This document shows positions 20,057 through 31,004 of a stretch of DNA of 41,326 nucleotides, piece after piece. The DNA lies in IMG/VR virus record IMGVR_UViG_2718218397_000001; one strand, 5' to 3'. Under the pieces are notes generated by a model, which ran no database searches, was not told where the DNA came from, and saw nothing but the letters and a program-made list of their open reading frames with translations. A program made the translations under genes and the position numbers. Source of the DNA: a virus (Duplodnaviria > Heunggongvirae > Uroviricota > Caudoviricetes). Within the stretch, counting starts at the first letter, position 1. Each line of letters starts with the position of its first letter.

Positions 20057-20230
20057 TAGCGATAATTTTACTCATCATCCTTCACATCTGGCTCTGTAGA
20101 CAGGGTGATGATCACTTCTGGAGTGAATCCAGATTAAACATCTCATTGCTGATGCTTGATATTGAGCATCTGGCGCGCGGTAAGGGGCTGCGTTGAGATA
20201 AGAGCCAGTCATTACAAATACCAGGATTTA

Positions 20231-20255
20231 GCCTCGCATTTGCGGGGCTTTTTTA
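20231..20255 (+). terminator. Putative intrinsic terminator downstream of Rz
   Basis: gcctcgca..tgcggggc hairpin followed by ttttttac. Confidence 0.4.
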
Positions 20256-20402
20256 CATCTGCAGTAAACCGCGCATCGCAGCGCGTAACAATCCCGAGTC
20301 TTTCAGAAAGCTGAGCCTGAGAATTGCCGTATATGGTGGCGACCATCTCGGGGACGGCTTTTCTGTGCGAACAGGCTCATCTTTCTAAAAGGTAAAGACG
20401 CA

Positions 20403-20945
20403 ATGAACTACCCAACCGTTGTTAACGATATAGATTTCAGAGACCTAATTTTTGTAGCAAACAACGATCCGGTTACAGATTCTTTTATGGTGGCAAAAGC
20501 ATTTGGAAAGCTGCCGAAGAACGTGGTTCGTGACATTGAACGAACCATAGAAGCTTGCCCTCCTGAGTTTGATACAAAGCTCAACTTTGAGCTTTGCTAT
20601 AAAAACAATGAGTTACAGAATGGTAAGCCGCAAAAATTCTACCGTCTCCGCAAGGATGGGTTGATGCTTTTGGTTATGTCCTACACCAAAAAAGAAGCAA
20701 TGCGTATCAAAATTGCTTACATCAACGCATTCAACTGGATGTACGCCATGCTTCAGGTTGGTCATCGTCAATTTGAAGAAGAGAGAAATGCCGTAATGCT
20801 GGAGTACATGAAAGAGAAGGATGTTGCCAGCATGTCAGGCCGCCTGCTTAATCGCTGGGGAAAAATTAAGAAGCCTCAGCTGCTGGCGAGAATTGAACGC
20901 CTTGAACAGCACGGGCAAACCGTAATCCCCGGACTCACCAATTAA
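20403..20945 (+). CDS. rha: Rha-family phage regulatory protein
   Basis: N-terminal TDSFMVAKAFGKLPKNVVRDIERTIE resembles the Phage_pRha domain. Confidence 0.65.
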   Translation: MNYPTVVNDIDFRDLIFVANNDPVTDSFMVAKAFGKLPKNVVRDIERTIEACPPEFDTKLNFELCYKNNELQNGKPQKFYRLRKDGLMLLVMSYTKKEAMRIKIAYINAFNWMYAMLQVGHRQFEEERNAVMLEYMKEKDVASMSGRLLNRWGKIKKPQLLARIERLEQHGQTVIPGLTN

Positions 20946-21103
20946 CGGCAGTACAGCGAAACAACCCAAGCCAGTAAGTGGGGAAATAACACTGGCAGCC
21001 ACTGAAAGATGAACCTCCAGCCTTATGGCAAAAAAGATTCTTTGTGGTGGCGGACTGATGGAAAGACATCCTAATCAAGCAACCACTCCACAGGGTCATA
21101 ATT

Positions 21104-21484
21104 ATGAACGACCAGCAAATCGAAAAAGAAATCGTTGAGAAAGGCAAAACCGCTCCGCGAGTTACCCCGCAGCACATCGAAGACGTGATTAAAAGCGAGC
21201 ATTACTTTACTGCTTATGATGGACGAAATGGTGCCATTTCCAGCAACGAATATTGTGGCAGGGAAAAACCAGAAGAAGGCGATCGTGATTTATCACCATT
21301 GAAGTTGCTCACTTTCTGCGTACTGGTGCTGAAGAATGGCTTCACCGTCACCGGAGAGAGTGCCTGTGCAAGCCCTGAAAACTTTGATGCAGAAATTGGT
21401 CGGAAGATTGCCAGGCAGAATGCTGTAAACAAAATCTGGATGCTTGAAGGTTACTTGCTGAAGCAGAAGCTAAGCGAACAGTAG
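21104..21484 (+). CDS. Hypothetical phage protein (126 aa; possibly Gp49-like family)
   Basis: ORF between rha and terminase; family assignment from weak recall only. Confidence 0.4.
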   Translation: MNDQQIEKEIVEKGKTAPRVTPQHIEDVIKSEHYFTAYDGRNGAISSNEYCGREKPEEGDRDLSPLKLLTFCVLVLKNGFTVTGESACASPENFDAEIGRKIARQNAVNKIWMLEGYLLKQKLSEQ

Positions 21485-21587
21485 TTATTACAAAAGCCAT
21501 TCCCTACAGAGTGGCTTTGATAATGGCTTATACCCTACACGGGATAACTTAACTGATATCCCTTTTAACGGATAAACGGAGCCAACA

Positions 21588-21830
21588 ATGGCAGAGATTA
21601 TTCCCATGACTGAAGAACAGAAATTCCAGTTAGAGATTTACAAACTGGTCATGAACCAGAACGCAGCCGCAGAAGAAGCATTTCAGTTCATTGGCACTGA
21701 CGAACTGAAGCTTGAGCTATTCAAAATTCACTTTCAGTCAGGCGGCGCTAATTCAGATATCACGACCCGCACTATCGAAGCGGTGCGTAAATCGAAGGAA
21801 GCGTTAGACCTGTTCACTACCGGAGCATAA
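21588..21830 (+). CDS. Hypothetical phage protein (80 aa)
   Basis: ORF with upstream SD (aaacggag), just upstream of the terminase genes. Confidence 0.4.
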   Translation: MAEIIPMTEEQKFQLEIYKLVMNQNAAAEEAFQFIGTDELKLELFKIHFQSGGANSDITTRTIEAVRKSKEALDLFTTGA

Positions 21831-21909
21831 ACATGGCAACTCAAGGTTTCGACAACCCATCCAAATTCCGCGATGAATGGGATAAGCAAGCAGAACGGAA
21901 ATAATCAAT

Positions 21910-22335
21910 ATGGCGACTGAGAAAAAGAACGTCGGTCGCCCTTCGGATTACCTGCCGGAGGTGGCTGATGATATCTGTGCGCTGCTTGCCTCCGGGGAAA
22001 GTCTGGTTAAGGTTTGCAAGCGCCCCGGCATGCCAGCAAAGGCTACTGTATTTCGCTGGCTGTCAGAGCATGACGAATTTAGAGACAAGTACGCGAAGGC
22101 AACTGAGGCACGAGCTGATTCTATTTTCGAAGAGATATTCGAAATTGCTGACAATGCGATTCCAGATGCTGCTGAGGTGGCAAAGGCAAGACTTCGCGTT
22201 GATACCCGCAAATGGGCGCTGGCCCGAATGAATCCACGTAAGTATGGCGACAAGGTAACTAATGAGCTTGTCGGCAAAGACGGCGGCGCAATCCAGATTG
22301 AAACATCACCGATGAGCACTCTATTCGGAAAATGA
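21910..22335 (+). CDS. Terminase small subunit (Sf6 gp1-like)
   Basis: 141 aa; GRPSDYLPEVADDICALLASGESLVKVCKRPGMP matches recalled Sf6 small terminase. Confidence 0.85.
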   Translation: MATEKKNVGRPSDYLPEVADDICALLASGESLVKVCKRPGMPAKATVFRWLSEHDEFRDKYAKATEARADSIFEEIFEIADNAIPDAAEVAKARLRVDTRKWALARMNPRKYGDKVTNELVGKDGGAIQIETSPMSTLFGK

Positions 22336-23747
22336 CCTCGATTAATCCTATCTTTGAACCGTTCATTGAGGCGCATCGCTACAAAGTCGCCAAAGGCGGT
22401 CGAGGTAGCGGTAAATCATGGGCAATTGCGAGGCTGCTTGTTGAAGCGGCGCGTCGGCAGCCGGTGCGTATTCTTTGCGCTAGAGAACTGCAAAACAGTA
22501 TCAGCGATTCGGTAATCCGGTTGCTTGAAGACACCATAGAGCGGGAAGGGTATTCGGCTGAGTTTGAAATTCAGCGTTCCATGATTCGTCATCTCGGAAC
22601 GAATGCTGAATTCATGTTCTACGGCATCAAAAACAACCCGACGAAGATTAAATCGCTCGAAGGCATTGATATCTGCTGGGTGGAAGAAGCGGAAGCGGTA
22701 ACGAAGGAATCGTGGGATATCCTGATTCCAACCATCCGCAAGCCGTTCTCTGAAATATGGGTAAGTTTCAACCCGAAAAACATCCTCGACGATACCTATC
22801 AGCGATTCGTCGTAAATCCTCCCGATGATATTTGCCTGCTGACGGTGAACTACACCGACAACCCGCATTTTCCTGAAGTCCTCCGTCTGGAGATGGAAGA
22901 GTGTAAACGCAGAAACCCGACACTGTATCGTCACATCTGGCTTGGTGAGCCAGTAAGCGCAAGTGATATGGCAATCATCAAACGTGAATGGCTTGAAGCC
23001 GCAACCGATGCGCACAAGAAACTCGGATGGAAAGCGAAAGGCGCTGTTGTCTCTGCGCATGACCCATCAGATACAGGGCCAGATGCTAAAGGTTATGCAT
23101 CGCGTCACGGTTCGGTAGTTAAGCGCATTGCCGAAGGTCTGCTGATGGACATCAACGAGGGTGCTGACTGGGCTACTTCGCTGGCAATTGAAGACGGCGC
23201 TGACCATTACCTGTGGGATGGTGATGGCGTCGGTGCGGGCCTACGCAGACAGACAACGGAAGCGTTCTCCGGCAAGAAAATCACCGCCACGATGTTCAAG
23301 GGCAGTGAATCGCCATTCGATGAAGATGCGCCGTATCAGGCCGGAGCATGGGCTGATGAAGTCGTACAGGGCGACAACGTTCGCACTATTGGTGATGTGT
23401 TCCGCAATAAGCGAGCGCAATTCTATTACGCGCTGGCTGACAGGCTGTATCTGACATATCGGGCGGTTGTTTACGGTGAGTATGCAGACCCCGACGACAT
23501 GCTGAGTTTCGACAAAGAAGCGATAGGCGAGAATATGCTGGAGAAGCTGTTTGCAGAACTGACGCAGATTCAGCGCAAATTCAATAACAACGGGAAGCTG
23601 GAGCTTATGACTAAGGTCGAAATGAAGCAGAAGCTCGGTATTCCATCTCCTAACCTGGCTGATGCGCTGATGATGTGTATGCATTGCCCAGAGTCGGCTG
23701 CGCAACCCGACTATTCCAGTTACTCAATTCCTTGTGGTGTAGGTTGA
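22332..23747 (+). CDS. Terminase large subunit
   Basis: 471 aa, Walker A-like KGGRGSGKS, coupled to the small subunit. Confidence 0.85.
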   Translation: MTSINPIFEPFIEAHRYKVAKGGRGSGKSWAIARLLVEAARRQPVRILCARELQNSISDSVIRLLEDTIEREGYSAEFEIQRSMIRHLGTNAEFMFYGIKNNPTKIKSLEGIDICWVEEAEAVTKESWDILIPTIRKPFSEIWVSFNPKNILDDTYQRFVVNPPDDICLLTVNYTDNPHFPEVLRLEMEECKRRNPTLYRHIWLGEPVSASDMAIIKREWLEAATDAHKKLGWKAKGAVVSAHDPSDTGPDAKGYASRHGSVVKRIAEGLLMDINEGADWATSLAIEDGADHYLWDGDGVGAGLRRQTTEAFSGKKITATMFKGSESPFDEDAPYQAGAWADEVVQGDNVRTIGDVFRNKRAQFYYALADRLYLTYRAVVYGEYADPDDMLSFDKEAIGENMLEKLFAELTQIQRKFNNNGKLELMTKVEMKQKLGIPSPNLADALMMCMHCPESAAQPDYSSYSIPCGVG

Positions 23748-23748
23748 T

Positions 23749-25947
23749 ATGGCAGAAAAAAAGATGACTGACTGGCATCGCAAGGTGCTGTGCAACTTTG
23801 ATAATGCCTGGTCAGCAACGCAGGATATGCGTGAGCAGATTATTGAGGCTCAACGTTTCGTCCGGGTGTCCGGCGCACAGTGGGAAGGCAGCACAAACGC
23901 TGGTTACTCATTTGATGAAGGCAGGTTCGAGCATTATCCGCGTTTTGAATTGAATAAGATTGCCCGTGAATGTGATCGCATCATTGGCGAGTATCGACAG
24001 AATCGCATCAGCGTTAAATTCAGGCCGAAGGATGACAAGGCATCGGAAGCGTTAGCCGAAAAGATGAACGGCAAATTCCGCGCTGACTATCAGGAAACAT
24101 CCGGTGGCGAAGCGTGTGATAACGCATTTGATGATGCTGTAACGGGCGGATTCGGTTGTTTCCGCATGTGTGCCGATTACGAAGATGAAATGGATCCGAG
24201 TAACGAGCAACGCCGTATAAGCCTTCTTCCTGTTTACGACCCAGCGACATGCGTCTTCTTCGATCAGGACAGCAAGCAATATGACCGCTCTGATGCTATG
24301 TGGGCTATGGAAATGTTCTCCATGACGCCTAAAGCGTTCGAAGCTGAATACCCTGATTCCATCGCTGCAAGTCTTTCTCGTGATGACACTGGCACTCAAT
24401 ATGACTGGTCAACTCCTGATGCTATCTATGTTGGTCGCTACTATGAAGTCCGCATAGAGAAGGTGAAGCTCACGGCGTGGCGCAACCCTGTTAGCGGAGA
24501 AACGGCAATCTATGATGAAGAGCAAATCAAAGATATTGTCGACGAGCTAACCGATGGCGCATTCGAACTGATTGGTGAGCGAACTGTGAAGAAACGCCGC
24601 GTTTATTGCGGCCTTCTGTCTGGCGCTGAATGGCTGGAAGAACCGAAGCGTATTCCGGGCGAACATATTCCACTCATCCCGGTATATGGGCGTCGCTCAT
24701 TTGTTGATAATCAGGAGCGAATCGAAGGCCACGCAGCAAAAGCGATGGATGCACAGCGTCTTGAGAACCTGATGGTTTCCATGATTGCAGATAACGCTAC
24801 TCAGGCTGGCGGTGATGGCATTCCTATCGTGGATGTTGATTTCATTCCCGGCCCATTAATGAATCACTGGGCAGAGAGGAATAAGAAAAGACCTGCAGTT
24901 CTTCCCATGACCAGCAAGAAGGACAAAAACGGAACGGTCATTTCAGAGGCTCAGGTTGCTGGCTGGACACCTCCGACACAAATGCCTCCTGCTCTTGCCG
25001 GGCTATTGCAGTACACCGGAACGGCTATTCAGCAAATTACAGGTGCGTCGCAGCTTGAGAACATGCCGAGCAACGTCGCTACCGATACCGTTGATAGCAT
25101 CTTTAACCGGATGGACACGCAGTCCTATATCTACATGGACAACATGGCTAAATCCATGCGCCGTGCTGGCGTCGTGTGGCTTTCTATGGCTCGTGAAGTC
25201 TATGGCAGTGATACGCCGATGCGTATCGTTAATGAGGACGGCAGCGATGACGTGGCGCTGATGACTGGTGAAGTGGTTGACCGTCAGACAGGGCAGGTTA
25301 TCGCGCTTAATGACCTTTCGCAGGGTAACTATGAAGTGACTGTCGATGTTGGCCAGTCGTTCGCTACTCGCCGTGATGCAACGGTTAAGTCGTTACTTTC
25401 CATGCTGGCACTTATCCCACCAGGAACTCCGAAGCACGACCTTGTATCGTCGATGATTCTCGACAATATGGACGGCGAAGGGATGGACGACCTGAAAGAA
25501 TACAACCGCAATCAGTTGCTTCTGTCTGGCGTCATCAAGCCGAGAACGCCTGAAGAACAGCAGATGGTTGAACAGGCGAAACAACAACAGGCCAGTCAGC
25601 CAGATCCGGCTATGGTTGCAGCGCAAGGTCAGCTTCTTGCTGGTCAGGCTGAATTGCAGAAAGCGCAGAACGAACAAGCAGCCATTCAGGTTAAAGCATT
25701 CCAGGCACAGACGGATGCTCAGGTTGCTGCGGCAAATGTTGTGAAAATCCTCGCATCTGCCGATAGCCAGCAAAAATCTGATATCCGTGAGGCGCTGAAA
25801 CTGCTCGGACAGTTCCAGCAACAGCAAGGAGATAATGCCCGTGCTGATGCAGAGCTTGTCCTGAAAAGTCAGGCACAGGGCCATGCGCAGCGCATGGACA
25901 TCAGCAGCATCCTGCAAAAATCAACTCAGCAACAACCACAGCAGTAA
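23749..25947 (+). CDS. Portal protein (P22 gp1-like)
   Basis: 732 aa, Gln-rich C-terminal barrel region, position after terminase. Confidence 0.8.
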   Translation: MAEKKMTDWHRKVLCNFDNAWSATQDMREQIIEAQRFVRVSGAQWEGSTNAGYSFDEGRFEHYPRFELNKIARECDRIIGEYRQNRISVKFRPKDDKASEALAEKMNGKFRADYQETSGGEACDNAFDDAVTGGFGCFRMCADYEDEMDPSNEQRRISLLPVYDPATCVFFDQDSKQYDRSDAMWAMEMFSMTPKAFEAEYPDSIAASLSRDDTGTQYDWSTPDAIYVGRYYEVRIEKVKLTAWRNPVSGETAIYDEEQIKDIVDELTDGAFELIGERTVKKRRVYCGLLSGAEWLEEPKRIPGEHIPLIPVYGRRSFVDNQERIEGHAAKAMDAQRLENLMVSMIADNATQAGGDGIPIVDVDFIPGPLMNHWAERNKKRPAVLPMTSKKDKNGTVISEAQVAGWTPPTQMPPALAGLLQYTGTAIQQITGASQLENMPSNVATDTVDSIFNRMDTQSYIYMDNMAKSMRRAGVVWLSMAREVYGSDTPMRIVNEDGSDDVALMTGEVVDRQTGQVIALNDLSQGNYEVTVDVGQSFATRRDATVKSLLSMLALIPPGTPKHDLVSSMILDNMDGEGMDDLKEYNRNQLLLSGVIKPRTPEEQQMVEQAKQQQASQPDPAMVAAQGQLLAGQAELQKAQNEQAAIQVKAFQAQTDAQVAAANVVKILASADSQQKSDIREALKLLGQFQQQQGDNARADAELVLKSQAQGHAQRMDISSILQKSTQQQPQQ

Positions 25948-26037
25948 TTAACCCATAACGTGCAATGGCTGTCTTTATGAGGCCTGGCACCCTATTGCCT
26001 TCCGATGGGCTGAACATCGAGTAAACAGGGGTAACAA

Positions 26038-26931
26038 ATGGACCAGATGGCAGAAAACACACCAGAAGTTGAAATCGAAACCGACGCGTCAGAGCAGATT
26101 CCTGATGATGTCGAACTGGCTGAAGAAGTCGAAACAGAAGATGGCAGTGAGTCCTCTGGCAATGATGCAAAGGAAGCTACTGAAACTGATGACGACGAAT
26201 CAGAACAGGAATTCTACTTTGGTGACGAAAAGCTGGATTCGCCAACCAGCGAAGATAGCGCAGAGCATGGACTGGTAAAACACCTGCGCAAGACGATTAA
26301 AGAGAAAGACCGTGAGCTGAAAGAGCTGATGCGTCAGTCTCAGAAACCCGTCGAGCAGCAGCCGGTAATCACTCAACCACCGCGAATGCCAAAACTGGAT
26401 GATGAGGACATCGGTTTCGATGAAGAAATCTACCAGCAACGCATGGCTAAGTGGGCAGAGGATAACGGCAAGTACCAGCAACAGGAGATGGCTCGCAAGC
26501 AGAAGGAGCAGGAGCTTCAGGCTGCCTATCAAGAGCGATTATCCAAATATCAGCAACGTGTTAAGGCTCTCAAGGTTCCTGGCTATCAGGAAGCAGAACA
26601 GGCCGTACTCGAGGAAATCCCCATCGAGACACAAAACGCGATCCTGTTTGAGTCAGAGAAGCCGGAAATCGTTGTTCTGGCGCTTGGTCGCAACGCTGAA
26701 CTGCGCAAGCAACTGGCAGAAGCTACCAACCCCGTAGCAATTGGTCGTCTGCTGGAACGTATCGAATCGAAGGCCAGAATCATGCCAAAAGCAAAAACCA
26801 CGGCAGCCACAACCCCGACAGTTAAGGGGAGCAACGGCGCAGTAATCAATAACCTCGACAAACTGAAAGCCAAGGCGCTGGAAACTGGTGACTGGACGCC
26901 GTATTTCGCCGCTAAAAAGGCAAAAAAATAA
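26038..26931 (+). CDS. Scaffolding protein (P22 gp8-like)
   Basis: 297 aa, acidic N-terminus, helical Gln/Glu/Lys-rich body, basic C-terminus. Confidence 0.75.
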   Translation: MDQMAENTPEVEIETDASEQIPDDVELAEEVETEDGSESSGNDAKEATETDDDESEQEFYFGDEKLDSPTSEDSAEHGLVKHLRKTIKEKDRELKELMRQSQKPVEQQPVITQPPRMPKLDDEDIGFDEEIYQQRMAKWAEDNGKYQQQEMARKQKEQELQAAYQERLSKYQQRVKALKVPGYQEAEQAVLEEIPIETQNAILFESEKPEIVVLALGRNAELRKQLAEATNPVAIGRLLERIESKARIMPKAKTTAATTPTVKGSNGAVINNLDKLKAKALETGDWTPYFAAKKAKK

Positions 26932-26949
26932 CCTATCGGAGCATTAAGC

Positions 26950-28203
26950 ATGGCTAACCAATTAGCAAAAGACCTTGAAATCATGTTCGAAAACTACGTT
27001 GAAGGCTTTGAGGCCGCCTGCGTAGTTTCCCGTAACGCTAAAAAATTCCGTCCCGGTGATACAGCAATGCAGCGAGCAGGTGATGTTCTGTATCGTCCGC
27101 AGCATTACCACATGAACATTGAGGAAGGGCTAGACCTCAGCGACAAAACGCCAACAGCACTGGTTCAGCGCCTTGTTCCTTCTGTGTTCAAGGAGCCGAA
27201 AAACATTCTGTACACTCTGGATGCGCGTGAAATGCGTGACCCGGAACATAAAACTGAAGCTGGTCGCGCCGCAGGTATGCGCCTTGCTGCACAGATTGAC
27301 TCTGACCTGATTTCCATGGTCGCGCAGCGTGCTACTAACGTGATCACGATGGCTGACTCAACCACAGGTACACAGGGCCGTGATTTGTGGAACTGTGCGG
27401 CAGGTATTGATGCCACCATGACGGCGATTGGTGTACCTCAGGGTATCAACCGTCGCTCTTTCTGGAACCCCTTCAACTACAAAGACCTTGCTGGCGAGCT
27501 TGGTCACCGTGCCTATGCTCAGGGCGCAACCCTGACAGCATACGAAAAAGCGCAGATCCCTCCGGTTGCGTCCTTCGATAGCTACAAGACCGATATTTCT
27601 GGTCGTGTTCCGAAGGGTACAGCAACTTCCCTGACGCTGGCGGCTGAACCTGCGCACAAGGTTGAAGCGAAAGATGCCAACGATATGCCAGTGGATAACC
27701 GACAGGGGACCATTACGGTATCTGCATCTGGTTTGCAGGTTGGCGATGCGTTTACCATCGCAGGGGTGAATTCCGTACACCAGATCACCAAAGATACCAC
27801 CGGGCAGCCGCAGGTATTCCGCGTTCTGGCAGTAAGCGGAACGACAGTAACTATCTCCCCGAAAATTCTGCCGCCCGACAACGCGGATGTCGCCAGCCGA
27901 CCATATGCAAACGTTGATGCTAACGCGGCAAATGGTGCAGCAATTACCATTCTCAACAAAAATGCCGCACCGGCTAACCTATTCTGGGCTGATGGTTCTG
28001 TTGAGCTGATGTACGGCAAACTGGCGTTCCCGACTGGTCAGGGTCCACAGGTAATGACAGCAACCACCGAGCAGGGCGCTACGCTGATCATGTCTTACGC
28101 CTTCGACCACATCAAAGGCGTAACCACTGCGCGTTTCACCACTCTGTACGGTTGCTCTGTACTGGTTCCTGAATATACGGGCATCGTTATTGCCGGGCAG
28201 TAA
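26950..28203 (+). CDS. Major coat protein (P22 gp5-like)
   Basis: 417 aa, position after scaffold, strong SD. Confidence 0.8.
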   Translation: MANQLAKDLEIMFENYVEGFEAACVVSRNAKKFRPGDTAMQRAGDVLYRPQHYHMNIEEGLDLSDKTPTALVQRLVPSVFKEPKNILYTLDAREMRDPEHKTEAGRAAGMRLAAQIDSDLISMVAQRATNVITMADSTTGTQGRDLWNCAAGIDATMTAIGVPQGINRRSFWNPFNYKDLAGELGHRAYAQGATLTAYEKAQIPPVASFDSYKTDISGRVPKGTATSLTLAAEPAHKVEAKDANDMPVDNRQGTITVSASGLQVGDAFTIAGVNSVHQITKDTTGQPQVFRVLAVSGTTVTISPKILPPDNADVASRPYANVDANAANGAAITILNKNAAPANLFWADGSVELMYGKLAFPTGQGPQVMTATTEQGATLIMSYAFDHIKGVTTARFTTLYGCSVLVPEYTGIVIAGQ

Positions 28204-28210
28204 TTTTAGT

Positions 28211-28231
28211 GGGGCTTCGGCCCCATTTTTA
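28211..28231 (+). terminator. Hairpin/attenuator after the coat gene
   Basis: ggggcttcggcccc hairpin followed by attttta. Confidence 0.5.
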
Positions 28232-28244
28232 TTGGGAGAAGACA

Positions 28245-28433
28245 ATGGCACGAACAATGCTCTATAAGCCTGGCAACATGATCACCTGTGGTCAGTTTGC
28301 TGTCGATTACATCATTGTTGATGACGAAGAAGTTAAATCTCACCTGAAAAAAGGCTGGGTAAAAACTCCTGAAGAAACCGCAGCGAAGCAAAAAGTGGCT
28401 AAGGCGGAAGAAGATGGCGAAAACGAAGGGTGA
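28245..28433 (+). CDS. Hypothetical small protein (62 aa)
   Basis: ORF 28209..28433; probable start MARTMLYK with gggagaag SD. Confidence 0.4.
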   Translation: MARTMLYKPGNMITCGQFAVDYIIVDDEEVKSHLKKGWVKTPEETAAKQKVAKAEEDGENEG

Positions 28434-28875
28434 TCTCGTTCTAAAGGCTTTACGAAAAGCCGGGCTGTATTCCAATGCCACGTTGACAGATGCTGACCCT
28501 CAGGCAATTGAAGATGCCATTAATGACCTCGAAGACATGATGGCAGCATGGCAGGCTAAAGGTATCGAGCTTGGGTATCAGTTTGCTGATACAGAAAACG
28601 GCATCATGCCGTTACCGGACGATGATTCAGGTATCCCTGCATGGGCAAATGATGGCGTCGCTTTGAAACTCGCTGTGCAAGTGTGCATGGATAACGTCAT
28701 TCAGCCGTCGGATGCTCTCCTGACCGCTGCTGACAGTGCATATCAGACAATCTGTATCGCTTTAACCAAAATACCACCACTTGAGCGACGAAATGACATG
28801 CCTCGAGGTAGTGGTAACAAAAGCGCGTTTACGTGGAATCGGTTTTACATCGAGAAAGATGATCCGAGTACGTGA
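28414..28875 (+). CDS. Head completion / tail adaptor protein (P22 gp4-like)
   Basis: 153 aa, KTKGDLVLKALRKAG N-terminus resembles P22 gp4. Confidence 0.75.
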   Translation: MAKTKGDLVLKALRKAGLYSNATLTDADPQAIEDAINDLEDMMAAWQAKGIELGYQFADTENGIMPLPDDDSGIPAWANDGVALKLAVQVCMDNVIQPSDALLTAADSAYQTICIALTKIPPLERRNDMPRGSGNKSAFTWNRFYIEKDDPST

Positions 28876-28884
28876 GGTGAATAA

Positions 28885-30303
28885 ATGCCGATTCAGCAAC
28901 TTCCGCTCATGAAAGGTGTCGGCAAAGACTTCCGAAACGCCGACTATATCGACTATCTGCCAGTGAATATGTTGGCTACACCCAAAGAAATCCTTAACAG
29001 CAGCGGATATCTTCGCTCATTCCCGGGCATTGCCAAACGTTATGATGTGAATGGTGTATCTCGAGGCGTCGAGTACAACATGGCGCAGAATGCTGTCTAT
29101 CGCGTGTGTGGTGGCAAGCTCTACAAAGGCGAAAGCGAAGTCGGTGACGTCGCCGGAAGTGGTCGCGTATCAATGGCGCATGGTCGGACATCTCAGGCTG
29201 TAGGCGTTAATGGTCAACTGGTCGAGTATCGTTATGATGGCACGGTTAAAACCGTCTCAAACTGGCCTACAGACAGCGGATTCACGCAGTATGAGTTAGG
29301 TTCGGTTCGTGACATTACGCGCTTACGTGGGCGTTATGCGTGGTCAAAAGATGGTACTGATTCATGGTTCATCACTGACCTTGAAGACGAATCGCATCCT
29401 GACCGTTACAGCGCACAATATCGTGCCGAGTCTCAGCCTGACGGTATTATCGGCATCGGAACATGGCGAGACTTCATCGTCTGCTTTGGTTCATCGACGA
29501 TTGAATATTTCTCCCTGACTGGTGCAACCACAGTTGGTGCTGCTTTGTATGTCGCACAGCCATCGCTGATGGTGCAAAAAGGCATCGCCGGGACTTACTG
29601 CAAAACGCCGTTTGCTGATTCGTATGCGTTCATCAGCAATCCGGCAACGGGTGCGCCGTCTGTATACATCATCGGCTCCGGTCAGGTGTCACCAATCGCC
29701 AGCGCGAGCATTGAGAAAATCCTCCGCTCCTACACTGCTGATGAACTGGCTGATGGTGTGATGGAATCGCTGCGATTTGATGCTCATGAGTTGCTGATTA
29801 TCCACCTTCCGCGCCATGTTCTCGTGTACGACGCATCTTCAAGCGCCAATGGTCCGCAATGGTGTGTGTTGAAAACAGGCCTGTATGACGATGTGTACCG
29901 CGCTATCGACTTCATTTACGAAGGCAATCAGATAACGTGCGGCGATAAGCTGGAGTCCGTGACCGGGAAATTGCAATTCGACATCAGCAGCCAGTACGAC
30001 AAGCAACAGGAACACCTGCTGTTTACTCCACTGTTCAAAGCGGATAACGCCAGATGCTTCGATCTGGAGGTGGAATCATCCACTGGCGTAGCTCAGTACG
30101 CCGACCGCCTGTTCCTCTCTGCAACCACTGACGGCATAAATTACGGGCGTGAGCAGATGATTGAACAGAATGAACCGTTCATTTACGACAAACGTGTTTT
30201 GTGGAAGCGTGTCGGGCGCATCAGGAAAAATGTCGGCTTCAAATTGCGCGTTATCACGAAGTCACCTGTCACTCTGTCAGGCTGCCAGATAAGGATTGAG
30301 TAA
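28885..30303 (+). CDS. Packaged-DNA stabilization / tail hub protein (P22 gp10-like)
   Basis: 472 aa, same length as P22 gp10, correct position. Confidence 0.75.
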   Translation: MPIQQLPLMKGVGKDFRNADYIDYLPVNMLATPKEILNSSGYLRSFPGIAKRYDVNGVSRGVEYNMAQNAVYRVCGGKLYKGESEVGDVAGSGRVSMAHGRTSQAVGVNGQLVEYRYDGTVKTVSNWPTDSGFTQYELGSVRDITRLRGRYAWSKDGTDSWFITDLEDESHPDRYSAQYRAESQPDGIIGIGTWRDFIVCFGSSTIEYFSLTGATTVGAALYVAQPSLMVQKGIAGTYCKTPFADSYAFISNPATGAPSVYIIGSGQVSPIASASIEKILRSYTADELADGVMESLRFDAHELLIIHLPRHVLVYDASSSANGPQWCVLKTGLYDDVYRAIDFIYEGNQITCGDKLESVTGKLQFDISSQYDKQQEHLLFTPLFKADNARCFDLEVESSTGVAQYADRLFLSATTDGINYGREQMIEQNEPFIYDKRVLWKRVGRIRKNVGFKLRVITKSPVTLSGCQIRIE

Positions 30304-31004
30304 TGGCTGATTCGAATCTCAACACCCCTGTTATTGTGCAGGCGACGCGGCTCGATACATCAATCCTTCCACGCAATATATTCAGCCAGTCTTACCTGCT
30401 TTACGTTATCGCACAGGGTACTGATGTTGGTAACGTGGCGAACAAGGCCAACGAGGCCGGACAGGGCGCTTATGACGCACAAGTCAGGAACGATGAGCAG
30501 GATGTGATTCTGGTCGATCACGAAGAAAGAATTCGTCAGCTCCGCATCGACGTAGACGACCATGAAATCCGTATTACTGCAAATACCAATGCAATCGCGT
30601 CGCTGGATGTCAGACTAACCACGGCTGAAGGTGAAATAGTCACCTTGCAGGCTGATGTCAGTGCTCTCGATGGTAGAGTGACGGAGGCTGAAGGAAATAT
30701 TTCTGCATTGCAGGACGATTACGTATCGAAAACAGCCACAGCAACACAATCGCTGGCATCCCCCCTCAACGTAACAACATCCTATTCAGTCGGCGGCACC
30801 AAGGTTATCGGTGCTCGTCAGACAGGATGGACAGCAGCAACCGGAACGGCACTCCTCGGCTCATTCAACGCTAACCAGTCATACACTGTCGGCACTACGT
30901 ACACACAATCCGAAGTCGCAACTCTCGCTACAGGTTTGCAGCAGGCGCGGCAGCGTATTCTGGCGCTTGAAACGGCACTTAGATTACATGGGCTGATTGA
31001 CTGA
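30303..31004 (+). CDS. Tail needle (P22 gp26-like)
   Basis: 233 aa; strong match to recalled P22 gp26 throughout. Confidence 0.85.
   Translation: MADSNLNTPVIVQATRLDTSILPRNIFSQSYLLYVIAQGTDVGNVANKANEAGQGAYDAQVRNDEQDVILVDHEERIRQLRIDVDDHEIRITANTNAIASLDVRLTTAEGEIVTLQADVSALDGRVTEAEGNISALQDDYVSKTATATQSLASPLNVTTSYSVGGTKVIGARQTGWTAATGTALLGSFNANQSYTVGTTYTQSEVATLATGLQQARQRILALETALRLHGLID

Noticed and set aside
22416-25917. Several long minus-strand ORFs inside the terminase and portal genes (22416..23060, 23241..23705, 24052..24399, 25393..25917)
   Set aside because: Fully embedded antisense in well-supported structural genes, no SD, Arg/Leu/Ser-rich translations; frame artefacts.
27165-28257. Minus-strand ORFs inside the coat gene (27358..27780, 27582..28019, 27979..28257)
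   Set aside because: Antisense to the major coat protein gene; same reasoning as above.
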